A DNA stretch of 64,000 nucleotides from an uncultured Acidobacteriota bacterium (GTDB lineage Bacteria > Acidobacteriota > JAQAZP01). The notes beneath the pieces were generated by a model. It was not told where the DNA came from. It worked only from the letters and a program-made list of their open reading frames with translations, and made no database searches. A program made the translations under genes and the position numbers. How positions within the stretch are numbered: the first letter of the stretch is position 1; every line of letters begins with the position of its first letter. The stretch spans positions 2,816,001-2,880,000 of the forward strand of contig CAWIIB010000009.1 of assembly GCA_963836075.1 (NCBI GenBank). Reading direction: 5' to 3'. Below, one piece after another: positions 20,754 to 30,158 of the stretch.

Positions 20754-22070
20754 CTCACCGCCTGCTCATCCTGCTCATCGCCACCGGCTGCATGCTGGCC
20801 GTGGGCCTCCAGGAACTGCCCGGCGGCGGGGCGCCGGCCCACTCGATCATGGTGCTCGGTTTCCTGCTCATCGCCGCCTACTGCATCGGCTACCTCGGCG
20901 AGAAGCTGTCGCTGCCCCGGATCACCGGCTACATCATCGCCGGCCTGGTCCTCGGCCCGCACTGCTTCGGCCTGATCGACCAGTACGCCATCGCCGACCT
21001 CGACTTCCTCAACAGCCTGGCCCTGGCCTTCATCGCCTTCTGCGCCGGCGGCGAACTGCAGCTGGAGAGCATCCGCAAGCGGATCAAATCGATCTCACTG
21101 ATTCTGGTCGGCAACACCCTGGTGATCCTCATCGGGGTCACCGGGATGGTACTGGCTGCGGCACCCCTGGTCCCGTTCATGAAAGATCAGCCGTTCGGCG
21201 TCCGCCTGGCCATGGCCGCGATCATCGGTGTCATCTCCACGGCTCGTTCGCCATCATCGGTGATTGCGGTGATCAGCGAGACAAGGGCCCGGGGACCGTT
21301 CAGCAGGTACCGTGCTCTCGGTGACCATCGCCACCGACGTGATCGTGATTCTTCTTTTTGGAATCGTGATTTCTTTCAGCCACGCCCTGTTTGAACCAGG
21401 GGGCACGATGAGCCTTGGCTTGATCCTTAACCTGCTGGTGGAGATCGTGATCACACTCTCCCTCGGTTACCTGTTGGGCCGGGGGATCATCCTCCTGATC
21501 CGCAACCTCGGGGCGGAGCTGCCGATCATCATCGCCGCCACCGGCTTCCTGGTGATCAAGTCCTGCCACCTGTTCAGCGACTATCTCTACTCGATCCACG
21601 AGATCAGCCTGCACCTCGAGCCGCTGTTGATTTGCATGGCCGCCGGCTTCACCGTGCAGAACTTCTCCAGCAAGGGCGAGTCGTTCCTGGAGAGCATGGA
21701 CCGGGTGTCGCTGCCGATCTACGTCGGCTTCTTCGCCGTCACCGGGGCGATGATCGACCTCGACATGCTGCGGGCCGGCTGGCTGCTGGGCCTGCTGGTC
21801 GTCGCCTCACGGGGGCTGATGGTATGGCTTGGATCCCTGGCCGGTAGCGGCGCTGCCGGAGATCCACCCCTGACCCGCAACCATCTATGGCTCGGCTTCA
21901 TCACCCAGGCCGGGGTGAGCCTCGGCCTGGTGGCCGAAGTGGTTCGGCGGTTCCCCGAAGTCGGGCTCTACCTGCAGAGCATCCTCATCGCGGCGATCAC
22001 CGTGAACCAGGTGATCGGGCCGGTACTGTTCAAATACTCCTTGCGCAAGACCGGAGAAGCCAACCGGTAG
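20750..22070 (+). pseudogene. Cation:proton antiporter (subunit B) split by one +1 frameshift near 21306 (pseudogene or sequence error)
   Basis: ATGA overlap with the previous gene. LPRITGYIIAG, IAFCAGGEL and ETRARGPFS are in one frame; TVLSVTIATDV...QAGVSLGL...NQVIGP continue in the next frame. Confidence 0.8.
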
Positions 22071-22146
22071 TGCACTGAGTTGTTGGATTTTTAACCGTGG
22101 AGTGCTAGATTAGCGGGCAGCGGAACCAGCGGGGAGATCCTCAGCC

Positions 22147-22617
22147 ATGCGTATCAACGAAGTATTGAAGCGGGAAAACGTCCACGTTTTTCTCCGGCAG
22201 ACCGGGAAAGAGGCCGTGCTGGGCGAACTGGTGGAACTGCTCCTCCACGGCTATCCCGAAGCCCGGCGGCACGAGACGCTGCGGGAGGTGCGGCTGCGAG
22301 AGGAGATCGGCTCCACCGGTATCGGTGCGGGGGTGGCCGTGCCCCACGCCAAGCCGGCCTTCTGCACCGAGCTGATGGCCTGTCTGGGGATCGCGGCGGA
22401 ACCGGTGCCCTTCGACGCCATTGACGGTGAGCCGGTGCGCATCTTCATCCTGGTGCTCGGCCCGCGGGACCAGGCCGGGTTGCACCTGCGGTTCCTGGCC
22501 CGGGTGGCCCGGCTGCTCAAGAAGCGGGAGCGGCGGGAGGCGTTGCTGGCCTGCACCGACGCCGACCAGGCCTGGCAGGTGGTGGAGCGGTTCGAAGAGG
22601 GGCAGCTGGATGTGTGA
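22147..22617 (+). CDS. PTS EIIA (Ntr/fructose-mannitol type) domain protein
   Basis: REEIGSTGIGAGVAVPH with the phospho-His; FDAIDGEPV; HLRFLARVARLL. Confidence 0.9.
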   Translation: MRINEVLKRENVHVFLRQTGKEAVLGELVELLLHGYPEARRHETLREVRLREEIGSTGIGAGVAVPHAKPAFCTELMACLGIAAEPVPFDAIDGEPVRIFILVLGPRDQAGLHLRFLARVARLLKKRERREALLACTDADQAWQVVERFEEGQLDV

Positions 22618-22629
22618 GGGGGCCGGCCG

Positions 22630-22968
22630 GTGAAACTGGTGGTCATCATTCTGAACCGGGTGGAGTATCTCGAGGACCTGCTCACCGCCTTCCTGGAGAT
22701 CGGGATCAGCGGCGCCACGGTGCTCAACTCGGTGGGGATGGGCCAGATCGTCTCCCGCAACATCCCCATCTTTGCCGGCCTCAGCGACGCTTTCCCGGGC
22801 AGCAGCCCCAGCAACCGCACCATTCTCGCCGTGGTGCAGGACCGCCAGGTGCAACGGATGGTCCGCATGGTGGAGGAGGTCTGCGGCAGCCTCGACGACC
22901 CGGGCAACGGCCTGATGGTCAGCCTGTCCCTCGATGAAGTCTTCGGTTTCCGTCGCACCACAGATTAG
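22630..22968 (+). CDS. PII-like (GlnB superfamily) protein
   Basis: 112 aa; MKLVVIILN, GISGATVLNSVGMG, PGNGLMVSLSLDEV. Confidence 0.8.
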   Translation: MKLVVIILNRVEYLEDLLTAFLEIGISGATVLNSVGMGQIVSRNIPIFAGLSDAFPGSSPSNRTILAVVQDRQVQRMVRMVEEVCGSLDDPGNGLMVSLSLDEVFGFRRTTD

Positions 22969-23098
22969 CCCACTCCAGGGGAGCCAAAAACAGCCCCGAC
23001 AAGCATGGTCCTGACCATCATCCAGTTGCCAGTCTGCCCACGGCGGGGGGTCTCACGTCCGGTTCCACGGAGATCTGGCCGCGAAAGAAAAAAACAGC

Positions 23099-23127
23099 TT
23101 GCCAATTAGTATTATTAGTTCTATAAT
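23099..23127 (+). promoter_or_regulatory. Sigma70 promoter
   Basis: TTGCCA-17 nt-TATAAT. Confidence 0.8.
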
Positions 23128-23207
23128 GTACCGTCGAAAGGGATCGGGCTCTGAGGCCCGGCCTGAACTTTCTCTCTCACCGGTCAATCAATGAGGAGTG
23201 TGAAGCC

Positions 23208-24575
23208 ATGGGAATGAAGACTTTCAATCTGCTGGCCCTGTGTGTATTGGTCTTGTGCGGTTCCATCCTCCCGGTTGCCGCCATCGACCGCGATAGCTGG
23301 ACCTGGGAGAATACGGGTGAGCTTGACGGTGCGCTGCGTATCTATGCGCTGGTCGAAGCCGGGGGCAGCCTCTTTGCCGGTTCCGGCCCCACCGGAAACG
23401 TCTATCGCAGCGATGACTTTGGCGCCAGCTGGACCAACACGGCCGACCTTGTGGATGCCAGCCAGGTCTACGGCTTGCTCGAGGGATCCGATGGCGCACT
23501 GTACGCCGGAACCAAGGGCCCGGACGGGACGGTGCAGGGCCGTGTCTTCCGCAGCACCGACGGCGGGGCCAGTTGGGCGGTCACCGCCGAGCTGGCCGGT
23601 GCGGACGTGGTCTTCGGGCTGACAGAGTTGGGCGGCGGCCCCATCCTCGCCGGGACCAGCCCGGCCGGGGACGTGTTTTGGACCATGGATGGCGGGGCCA
23701 GCTGGACCCTGTCCGGGGATCTGGCCGGCGCGGAGAACGTTTCGGTGCTGCTCGAGGCCTCCGACGGCACGGTTTTTGCCGGCACTTCGCCGGACGGCGA
23801 CGTGTTCGCCTCCACTGACGGAGGGTTGAGCTGGAGCAACACCGGAGAACTTGCCGGTGCCGAAGAGGTCTATTCGCTGTTCCAGGATGATGGCGGATCT
23901 CTCTGGGCCGGCACCGGGCCCGAGGGTTGTTTGTATCGTTCGGACGACCTGGGCCTGAACTGGGACCTGGTGACCTGTTTTGACGACACGGATTTCATCA
24001 TCGATCTGTACCAGCACACCGACGGCCTGCTCTATGCCGCCACCGGGCCCCTGGCCGACATCTTCCGCACGGCCGACGGCGGTGTGACCTGGACGCCGAC
24101 ATCGGACCTGGTGAACGCCACCCACGTCAACGCACTTCTCACGGGGTCGGACGGCGAGCTCTATGCCGCGACCGGATTCAACGGCAATGTCTACCGCAGC
24201 AGCGGTCCACCTACCATTTCCTGCACACTGGCCTGCACGCCCGACTCGGGCATGCTGCCCTTCAGCCCGCACATCGGTGTGACCATGTCCAACCTGACCT
24301 CCTCCCACCGCGTGATGGCCGGTCGTCTCGACCTGACCACGGCGGGCGGACAGGTGGTCAACTACTGGCGGCGCGGTTTTACGCTGATCAATCCGGGGCA
24401 GATGTTCACCATCAGCTGGATCCAGCCGATCCCGGCGCTCAGCACTGTTGTCGGTGATAATCACCTCACACTGACCGCCATCGACGTTTCACCGGCGCCG
24501 TACAACTTGCCGCCCTTCGTGACGTCGGGCGACCGGGCAACAGCCGGCTGCACGGTGGAGGGGATTGCGCCGTAG
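23208..24575 (+). CDS. Secreted BNR/Asp-box beta-propeller protein with C-terminal shared 'NQPPYP'-type domain
   Basis: Signal peptide; about 7 repeats of AGTxPxGxV(Y/F)RSxDGGxSW; C-terminal domain 24210-24575. Confidence 0.85.
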   Translation: MGMKTFNLLALCVLVLCGSILPVAAIDRDSWTWENTGELDGALRIYALVEAGGSLFAGSGPTGNVYRSDDFGASWTNTADLVDASQVYGLLEGSDGALYAGTKGPDGTVQGRVFRSTDGGASWAVTAELAGADVVFGLTELGGGPILAGTSPAGDVFWTMDGGASWTLSGDLAGAENVSVLLEASDGTVFAGTSPDGDVFASTDGGLSWSNTGELAGAEEVYSLFQDDGGSLWAGTGPEGCLYRSDDLGLNWDLVTCFDDTDFIIDLYQHTDGLLYAATGPLADIFRTADGGVTWTPTSDLVNATHVNALLTGSDGELYAATGFNGNVYRSSGPPTISCTLACTPDSGMLPFSPHIGVTMSNLTSSHRVMAGRLDLTTAGGQVVNYWRRGFTLINPGQMFTISWIQPIPALSTVVGDNHLTLTAIDVSPAPYNLPPFVTSGDRATAGCTVEGIAP

Positions 24576-24595
24576 GCGGGTAACCGGCCATGAAA

Positions 24596-24643
24596 CAAGA
24601 AAAGGGGGACAGGCACGGAGCTGCCAGTCCCCCTTTTTTCTTG
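24596..24643. terminator. Bidirectional terminator / REP-like hairpin between convergent genes
   Basis: caagaaaagggggac-aggca...tgcca-gtcccccttttttcttg. Confidence 0.8.
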
Positions 24644-24668
24644 CAACGGGTGACGGTCACCGTGTGCG

Positions 24669-27600
24669 TTATTCCGCTGACCAGCGGGGCACCCGTCCCG
24701 GGGTCCACGGCCCGCCGGCGGCCTCCAGCTCCGCTTCCAGTGCAACCAGGTCCACCTCGATCAACTGCTGCAGCTCGGCCAGCACCGGCTGGAACAGCTC
24801 CGCGGCAATGCGGTAGTTTTCCAGGTGCGTGCCGGTGGGCGCCGAACTGGAGGACCAGCCGCCCATGGCATTGTAGACCCGACCGGTGATGGAGGGCGGG
24901 GTGGGTTCGTTGCGCGAGGCCACGGTGCGGTCGCCGGAGAGCTTGACCCGCAGCGCTTCGAGGCGAAGCTCCAGGCCCCTGGCCCGGTCAATCAGTGCGC
25001 TGTCGGCCTGCGGAGTGTCCAGCACCGCCTGCTTGACATGGGCCAGGCGGTCCTCTGCTTCGCCCAGCGCGCGCACCGTGCCGAGCACCGCACGCTGCAG
25101 GTCACCGGTCTTCTTCTGGAAGGCCAGCACCGCTTCCCGGTCCTCGGCCGGCAGGGTGGCCATGTTCAGCGATTCGGTGCTGAAGGTCCGCGGTGCACCG
25201 ATGGGGGTCAACCGGTCGTTGACCCTGAGGGCCAGCGATACGGTGTACTCGCCGGGAGCGGCCAGCGGGCCATCCGGCGGGTTGTCCCAGGGGCTGCCCG
25301 ATCCCTGTGGTTCCAGCGAGGTGGGATTGAACGCCGGATAGCGCAGGTCCCAGACCGCCCGCTGCATGCCCGAGACGGCCGGGCTGGTGAACCGCCGCAC
25401 CACGTTGCCGTCGATGTCGGTGATGGTGACCAGCACCACCGGGTCCTCCTCGCGGTCCTCGGCCCGCAGGTCGTCCCACGCCGGGTAGCTGACGGCCTGG
25501 CCGTCCTCCTCGGTCTGCTCCTCCGCCTCCTGCCGCTGCTCCTTCAGCGTTTTCGGGGCCTCCTTGAGGTAGAAGGTGAAGACGGCGCCGAAGGGCGGAT
25601 TGGGTGCGGTGAAGTAGTCATCACCCTGGAAGGCCTTGCCGCGCAGGCCCAGACGGGCCTCCTCCATGAAGACCCAGGCCTTCTTCACCGGGAAGACGTA
25701 GCCGTCACTCTCCAGAAGATCCTCGGTCACCTCGCGCAGGGGCGAGTAGTCGTCGAGGATGTAGAAGCCGCGGCCGAAGGTGCCGAGCACCAGGTCGTTC
25801 TCCCGCCGCTGGATCTCCACGTCGCGGATGGCCACCACCGGCAGGCCGCCCATGAGCTGGACCCACTTCGTGCCGCCGTCGATGGTGAAGAAGAGACCGA
25901 ACTCGGTGCCCACGAAGAGCAGTTCGGGCCGCACGTGGTCTTCCACCAGCATGTGGGCCTGGCCCCGCTCCGGCAGGTCGCCGGCCACCGATGTCCAGCT
26001 GGCGCCGCGGTCACTGCTCTTGATCACGTAGGGGGTGAAGTCACCCTGCTTGTGGTTGTCCAGCGTGGCGTAGACCGTGTCGGCGCCGTGCAGCGAGGGG
26101 GTGATGCCGGTGACGTAGGACATGTCCGGCACACCGGGGAAGCTCTCGATCCGGCGCCAGTTCTCGCCGCCGTCCTCGCTGACCTGGATCAGGCCCTCGT
26201 CGGTACCGGCATAGAGCAGGCCCTCCACCAGCGGTGATTCGGCCAGGCTGACGATGTTGCCGTAGTTGGAGGTGGAGTCGTTCTTGGCCACCGCGTCGAT
26301 GCTCCAGACCTTGCCCATGATCGGAAGCGCATTGCGGTCGATCCGGCGGCTGAGGTCCGGGCTCACCGGCGTCCAGTTGTCGCCCCGGTCGTCACTGCGG
26401 AAGACACGCTGGGCGGCGTAGTAGAGCCGGGTGTTGGAATGCGGGCTGATGATCAGCGGCGAGCTCCAGTTCCAGCGCAGGGGATCTTCGCCCACCGCCG
26501 GCTGGGGCTGGATGTCGATGGCCTCGCCGCTCTTGCGGTCGTAGCGCACCAGCCCGCCGTACTGCCACTGGGAGTAGACGATGTCGGCGTTGGTCGGGTC
26601 GACCTGGGTCTTGAAGCCGTCGCCGAATACCGTGACGTAGCAGTCGGCGTTGGTGATGCCTCCAGCGCTGGTGTTGCGGGCCGGCAGGCCGAGGGTGGCG
26701 TTGTCCTGGGTGCCGCCGTAGACGTTGTAGAAGGGGAAGTCGTTGTCCGGGGTGGCCTTGTAGAACTGGGTTACCGGCAGGTTGGCCATGAAGCGCCAGT
26801 TGCCGCCGCGGTCCCAGCTCTCGTAGACCCCGCCGTCGTTGCCGTTGATCAGGTGGTCGCTGTTGTCGGGATCGACCCACAGCGCGTGGTCGTCCACGTG
26901 TTTGCGGTAGCCTCCCATACCATCGAATGAGGCACCACCGTCGTTGGTCACCTGCATCCAGGTGTCCACCGAGTAGACGCGGTCCACGTTGTTCGGGTCG
27001 GGGATGATCTCGTTGTAGTACTGGGCGCTGCCCGAGACGTAGTCGCAGCGCTTCTCCCACGAGGCGCCGGAGTTGGTGCTGCGGTAGAAGCCGCCGTCCT
27101 CGCCGGCCGCCTCGATGATGGCATAGACCACGTCCGGGTCGGCGGGGGCCACGGCCAGGCCGATGCGGCCCACGTCGCCGGAGGGCAGGCCCGACTCCAG
27201 TTTGTTCCAGTTTGCCCCGCCGTCCACGGTCTTGTAGAGCGCCGACTCCGGCCCGCCGTTTATCAGCGTCCAGGTGTGGCGCCGCCGCTGGTAGGACGAG
27301 GCGTACATCACGTCGGGGTTCCGCGGGTCGAAGACCACGTCGTTGACCCCGGTGTCCTCGCTGATCTCCAGCGACAGCTCCCAGGTTTCGCCTCCGTCAC
27401 GGGTCACGTACAGGCCGCGGTCGCCACCGGCGGACCAGAGCGGGCCCTGGGCCGCCACAAAGACCACGTTGGAGTCCCGCGGGTCGACCATGATACGGCC
27501 GATGTGCTCCGAGTTCTCCAGCCCCACCCTGGTCCAACTGGCCCCGCAGTCGATGGACTTGTAGACCCCGTCGCCGTAGGAGACGCTGCGCTGGCTGTTG

Positions 27601-27971
27601 TTCTCTCCGCTGCCCACCCAGATGGTGCAGGGGTTGTTGGGATCGATGGCCACGCAGCCGATGGAATACGACCCCTCGCCGTCGAAGAGCGGGGTCCAGG
27701 TGGTTCCGGCGTTGACCGTCTTCCAGACGCCGCCCGAGGCGGCGGCCACATACCAGGTGGCCTTGTCTTCGGGGTGCACGGCGATGTCGGCGATGCGTCC
27801 CGAGGTGAGGGCCGGTCCGATACCGCGCAGGGCCAGGCCGCTGAAGGTCCCGGAGGAGAAAACGCTTTCTTCTTCCGGCGCCGCTGTGGGCTCCGGGTCC
27901 TTCTTCTTTGCCTGAAGCGGGATGGTAATGATCAGGGCCAGCATGATGGCCAGGAGAGCTGTTCTCTTCAC
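24669..27971 (-). CDS. Secreted VPS10/sortilin-type BNR-repeat glycosyl hydrolase-like protein
   Basis: GGAGG RBS, GTG start, signal peptide; GPALTSGRIADI, repeated SxDxGxTW, GGTQDN, GTFGRG. Confidence 0.88.
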   Translation of the reverse strand: MKRTALLAIMLALIITIPLQAKKKDPEPTAAPEEESVFSSGTFSGLALRGIGPALTSGRIADIAVHPEDKATWYVAAASGGVWKTVNAGTTWTPLFDGEGSYSIGCVAIDPNNPCTIWVGSGENNSQRSVSYGDGVYKSIDCGASWTRVGLENSEHIGRIMVDPRDSNVVFVAAQGPLWSAGGDRGLYVTRDGGETWELSLEISEDTGVNDVVFDPRNPDVMYASSYQRRRHTWTLINGGPESALYKTVDGGANWNKLESGLPSGDVGRIGLAVAPADPDVVYAIIEAAGEDGGFYRSTNSGASWEKRCDYVSGSAQYYNEIIPDPNNVDRVYSVDTWMQVTNDGGASFDGMGGYRKHVDDHALWVDPDNSDHLINGNDGGVYESWDRGGNWRFMANLPVTQFYKATPDNDFPFYNVYGGTQDNATLGLPARNTSAGGITNADCYVTVFGDGFKTQVDPTNADIVYSQWQYGGLVRYDRKSGEAIDIQPQPAVGEDPLRWNWSSPLIISPHSNTRLYYAAQRVFRSDDRGDNWTPVSPDLSRRIDRNALPIMGKVWSIDAVAKNDSTSNYGNIVSLAESPLVEGLLYAGTDEGLIQVSEDGGENWRRIESFPGVPDMSYVTGITPSLHGADTVYATLDNHKQGDFTPYVIKSSDRGASWTSVAGDLPERGQAHMLVEDHVRPELLFVGTEFGLFFTIDGGTKWVQLMGGLPVVAIRDVEIQRRENDLVLGTFGRGFYILDDYSPLREVTEDLLESDGYVFPVKKAWVFMEEARLGLRGKAFQGDDYFTAPNPPFGAVFTFYLKEAPKTLKEQRQEAEEQTEEDGQAVSYPAWDDLRAEDREEDPVVLVTITDIDGNVVRRFTSPAVSGMQRAVWDLRYPAFNPTSLEPQGSGSPWDNPPDGPLAAPGEYTVSLALRVNDRLTPIGAPRTFSTESLNMATLPAEDREAVLAFQKKTGDLQRAVLGTVRALGEAEDRLAHVKQAVLDTPQADSALIDRARGLELRLEALRVKLSGDRTVASRNEPTPPSITGRVYNAMGGWSSSSAPTGTHLENYRIAAELFQPVLAELQQLIEVDLVALEAELEAAGGPWTPGRVPRWSAE

Positions 27972-27989
27972 CGGTCTGTCCTCCGAATG

Positions 27990-28030
27990 AAAAAACCCCG
28001 GCGCCGCGGATTGAGCAGCGGCGCCGGGGT
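27990..28030 (-). terminator. Rho-independent terminator after pepD
   Basis: ccccggcgccgc / gcggcgccgggg stem with a T-run on the minus strand. Confidence 0.75.
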
Positions 28031-28041
28031 GGTCTGAACAT

Positions 28042-29511
28042 CTACGCGGAGAGCTTGTCCAGGACGCCGCAGGCCAGCTTCCAGAACTTGTCCACGGTGT
28101 CGATCTTGATCCGCTCATCGGGGGAGTGGGCCCCGGTGATGGTGGGACCGAAGGAGATCATGTCCATCCCCGGGTACTTCTCGCCGATGATGCCGCACTC
28201 CAGGCCGGCATGGATCGCCTTGATCTCCGGCTTTTTGCCGAACAGTTCCTCGTGGGTTTCGATCAACTTGGCCAGCACGGTGGAATTCATGTCGGGATTC
28301 CAGCCGGGATAGCCGTCGCCCTGGGTGGCGTCAGCCCCGCTGAGACGGGCGCCGTCGAGCACCAGGTCGGAGACATACATTTTCTGACTGGCAGCCGAAC
28401 TGCGCTGGCTGGTGCTGATGGTGAACGTGTCGCCGTCCTCCTTGATCGAGGCCACGTTGGTCGAGGTCTCCACCAGGCCGGGGATTGCCCGGCTCATGGT
28501 GACCACACCGTGGGGCAGCACCTGGATCATGCTGGTGAGCCGGTTGGCCGCGTCATCGGTGAGCGGGGCGGGCAGGCCCGCGGCCTCCACGCCGGTCTTC
28601 GCCGCAAAGCTGAGCGCCGTTTCCAGATCACCGATTTCTTCCTTGAGCACTGCTTCCTGCTCGGCCACCGCCTTGGCCAGGTCAGCTTCCTTGCCCTGGG
28701 GCACCAGCACCGTGGACACCGATTCCCGGGGGATGGCGTTGCGCAGGTTGCCGCCGTTCCAGGAGACCAGCTTGAGGCCCAGTGAGGCGGCCGCAGGGGA
28801 GCGGAGGAAGCGGGTCATCATCTTCAGTGCGTTGCCCCGGCCCTCGTGGATGTCGAGGCCGGAGTGCCCGCCCTTGAGGCCGCTGACCTTCAGCTCGACG
28901 GCGCTCATGCCCGAGGCGGCCGCGTTGCGGTCAGCTTTGAAGGTGACGATGGTGTCCACACCGCCGGCGCAGCCGACGTAGAGGGTGCCGTCCTCTTCGG
29001 AGTCCATGTTGAGCATGATCCGGCCCTTGAGCCAGCCGGGCTGCAGTTCGTTGGCGCCGGTGAGGCCGGTCTCCTCGTCCACGGTGAAGATCATCTCCAG
29101 CGGGCCGTGGACCAGGTCCTTGTCTTCCAGAACGGCCAGGGCCGCGGCCACGCCGATGCCGTTGTCCGCACCGAGGGTGGTGCCGTCGGCGGTGATCCAC
29201 TCGCCGTCGCGGACCATGGTGATCGGGTCGTTCTCGAAGTCGTGCACGGTGTCGGAATTCTTCTCGCAGACCATGTCGGTGTGGCCCTGCAGTACCACCG
29301 TGGGGGCATTCTCACGGCCCGGGGTGGCCGGCTTGCGGATCAGCACGTTGCCCGCCGCGTCCTGTTCGTGTTCCATGCCGAGTTTCTCGGCCACGCTGAT
29401 CAGCCACGCCTGGGCCGCGGCCTCGTTCTTCGAGCCCCGGGGGATCTGGTTCAGTTGGTAGAGGTATCTCCAGACCGGTTCGGGCTTCAGTCCCTTGATT
29501 GCATCGTTCAC
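28042..29511 (-). CDS. pepD: Aminoacyl-histidine dipeptidase (M20C)
   Basis: LQGHTDMV, TTLGADNGIG, DEETGL, GGHSG, IHAGLECG, HSPDE. Confidence 0.96.
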   Translation of the reverse strand: MNDAIKGLKPEPVWRYLYQLNQIPRGSKNEAAAQAWLISVAEKLGMEHEQDAAGNVLIRKPATPGRENAPTVVLQGHTDMVCEKNSDTVHDFENDPITMVRDGEWITADGTTLGADNGIGVAAALAVLEDKDLVHGPLEMIFTVDEETGLTGANELQPGWLKGRIMLNMDSEEDGTLYVGCAGGVDTIVTFKADRNAAASGMSAVELKVSGLKGGHSGLDIHEGRGNALKMMTRFLRSPAAASLGLKLVSWNGGNLRNAIPRESVSTVLVPQGKEADLAKAVAEQEAVLKEEIGDLETALSFAAKTGVEAAGLPAPLTDDAANRLTSMIQVLPHGVVTMSRAIPGLVETSTNVASIKEDGDTFTISTSQRSSAASQKMYVSDLVLDGARLSGADATQGDGYPGWNPDMNSTVLAKLIETHEELFGKKPEIKAIHAGLECGIIGEKYPGMDMISFGPTITGAHSPDERIKIDTVDKFWKLACGVLDKLSA

Positions 29512-29708
29512 GTTCTTCCAAGCCTCCCACGTGTATTGAAAACGAATCCGGGCCGTGGCCCGGAGCGGATTCTGAACCCTCGGCTGAGGGTGATTCGATA
29601 ATTTCCCATCTCTGAAAGGGTTGTAATTCTATCAGGTGAGCGGGGAAGCGGCAAATTGCCATTCTTCTCCCTCATCCATGCTGACGCTTCATCTGTCCCC
29701 CGGGCCGC

Positions 29709-29737
29709 TTGACTGCAAAAATGCTTTTCACTACCAT
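29709..29737 (+). promoter_or_regulatory. Sigma70 promoter for the small ORF at 29759
   Basis: TTGACT-17 nt-TACCAT followed by GAGGAG RBS. Confidence 0.65.
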
Positions 29738-29758
29738 AGATTTTAATGAGGAGATCTG

Positions 29759-30004
29759 ATGAATGACTCCCATCTCCAACGCGCCAGGGAGTTGTTCGAC
29801 CAGGCGCTGGAAATCCCGCATAACGAACGTGATACATTTCTAAGGGAAGCCTGCGGCACGGACCGGGTTCTCGAGGAAGAGGTTCGCTCGCTGGTGGAGG
29901 CCCGCCTGAGAGCCGAAGCATTTCTGGGAAGTGGGCAGGCCGCGCGGATTTTCGCGGATATCCCCGCCTGGGGCCGGACCAGCGCCGGCAGCTCCTGCAG
30001 GTGA
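29759..30004 (+). CDS. Small protein matching the N-terminal helical segment of Ser/Thr kinases; no kinase domain (remnant or stand-alone)
   Basis: RARELFDQALEIPHNERDTFLREACGTDRVLEEEVRSLVEA pattern; stop after 81 aa. Confidence 0.65.
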   Translation: MNDSHLQRARELFDQALEIPHNERDTFLREACGTDRVLEEEVRSLVEARLRAEAFLGSGQAARIFADIPAWGRTSAGSSCR

Positions 30005-30066
30005 TCGAGCCCGGGAACTCCCCCCCACCGAATAGAGTCCCGGGAAACGCTTTTCCCTAACCTTCA

Positions 30067-30095
30067 TTGATCTTTATCCTGCAAAGACCTATCTT
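30067..30095 (+). promoter_or_regulatory. Sigma70-like promoter
   Basis: TTGATC-17 nt-TATCTT. Confidence 0.45.
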
Positions 30096-30158
30096 GAAAG
30101 ATACAAGAATGTTGGATTGTCTGCTCAAAGCAGGCGGAGATACAACTGCAGGGAAACC

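Noticed and set aside
21290-21320. Programmed ribosomal frameshift
   Set aside because: No slippery sequence or obvious stimulatory structure; a single-base insertion explains it.
30002-30004. Selenocysteine or readthrough at the TGA of the small kinase-like ORF
   Set aside because: The downstream frame stops again shortly and shows no kinase motifs.
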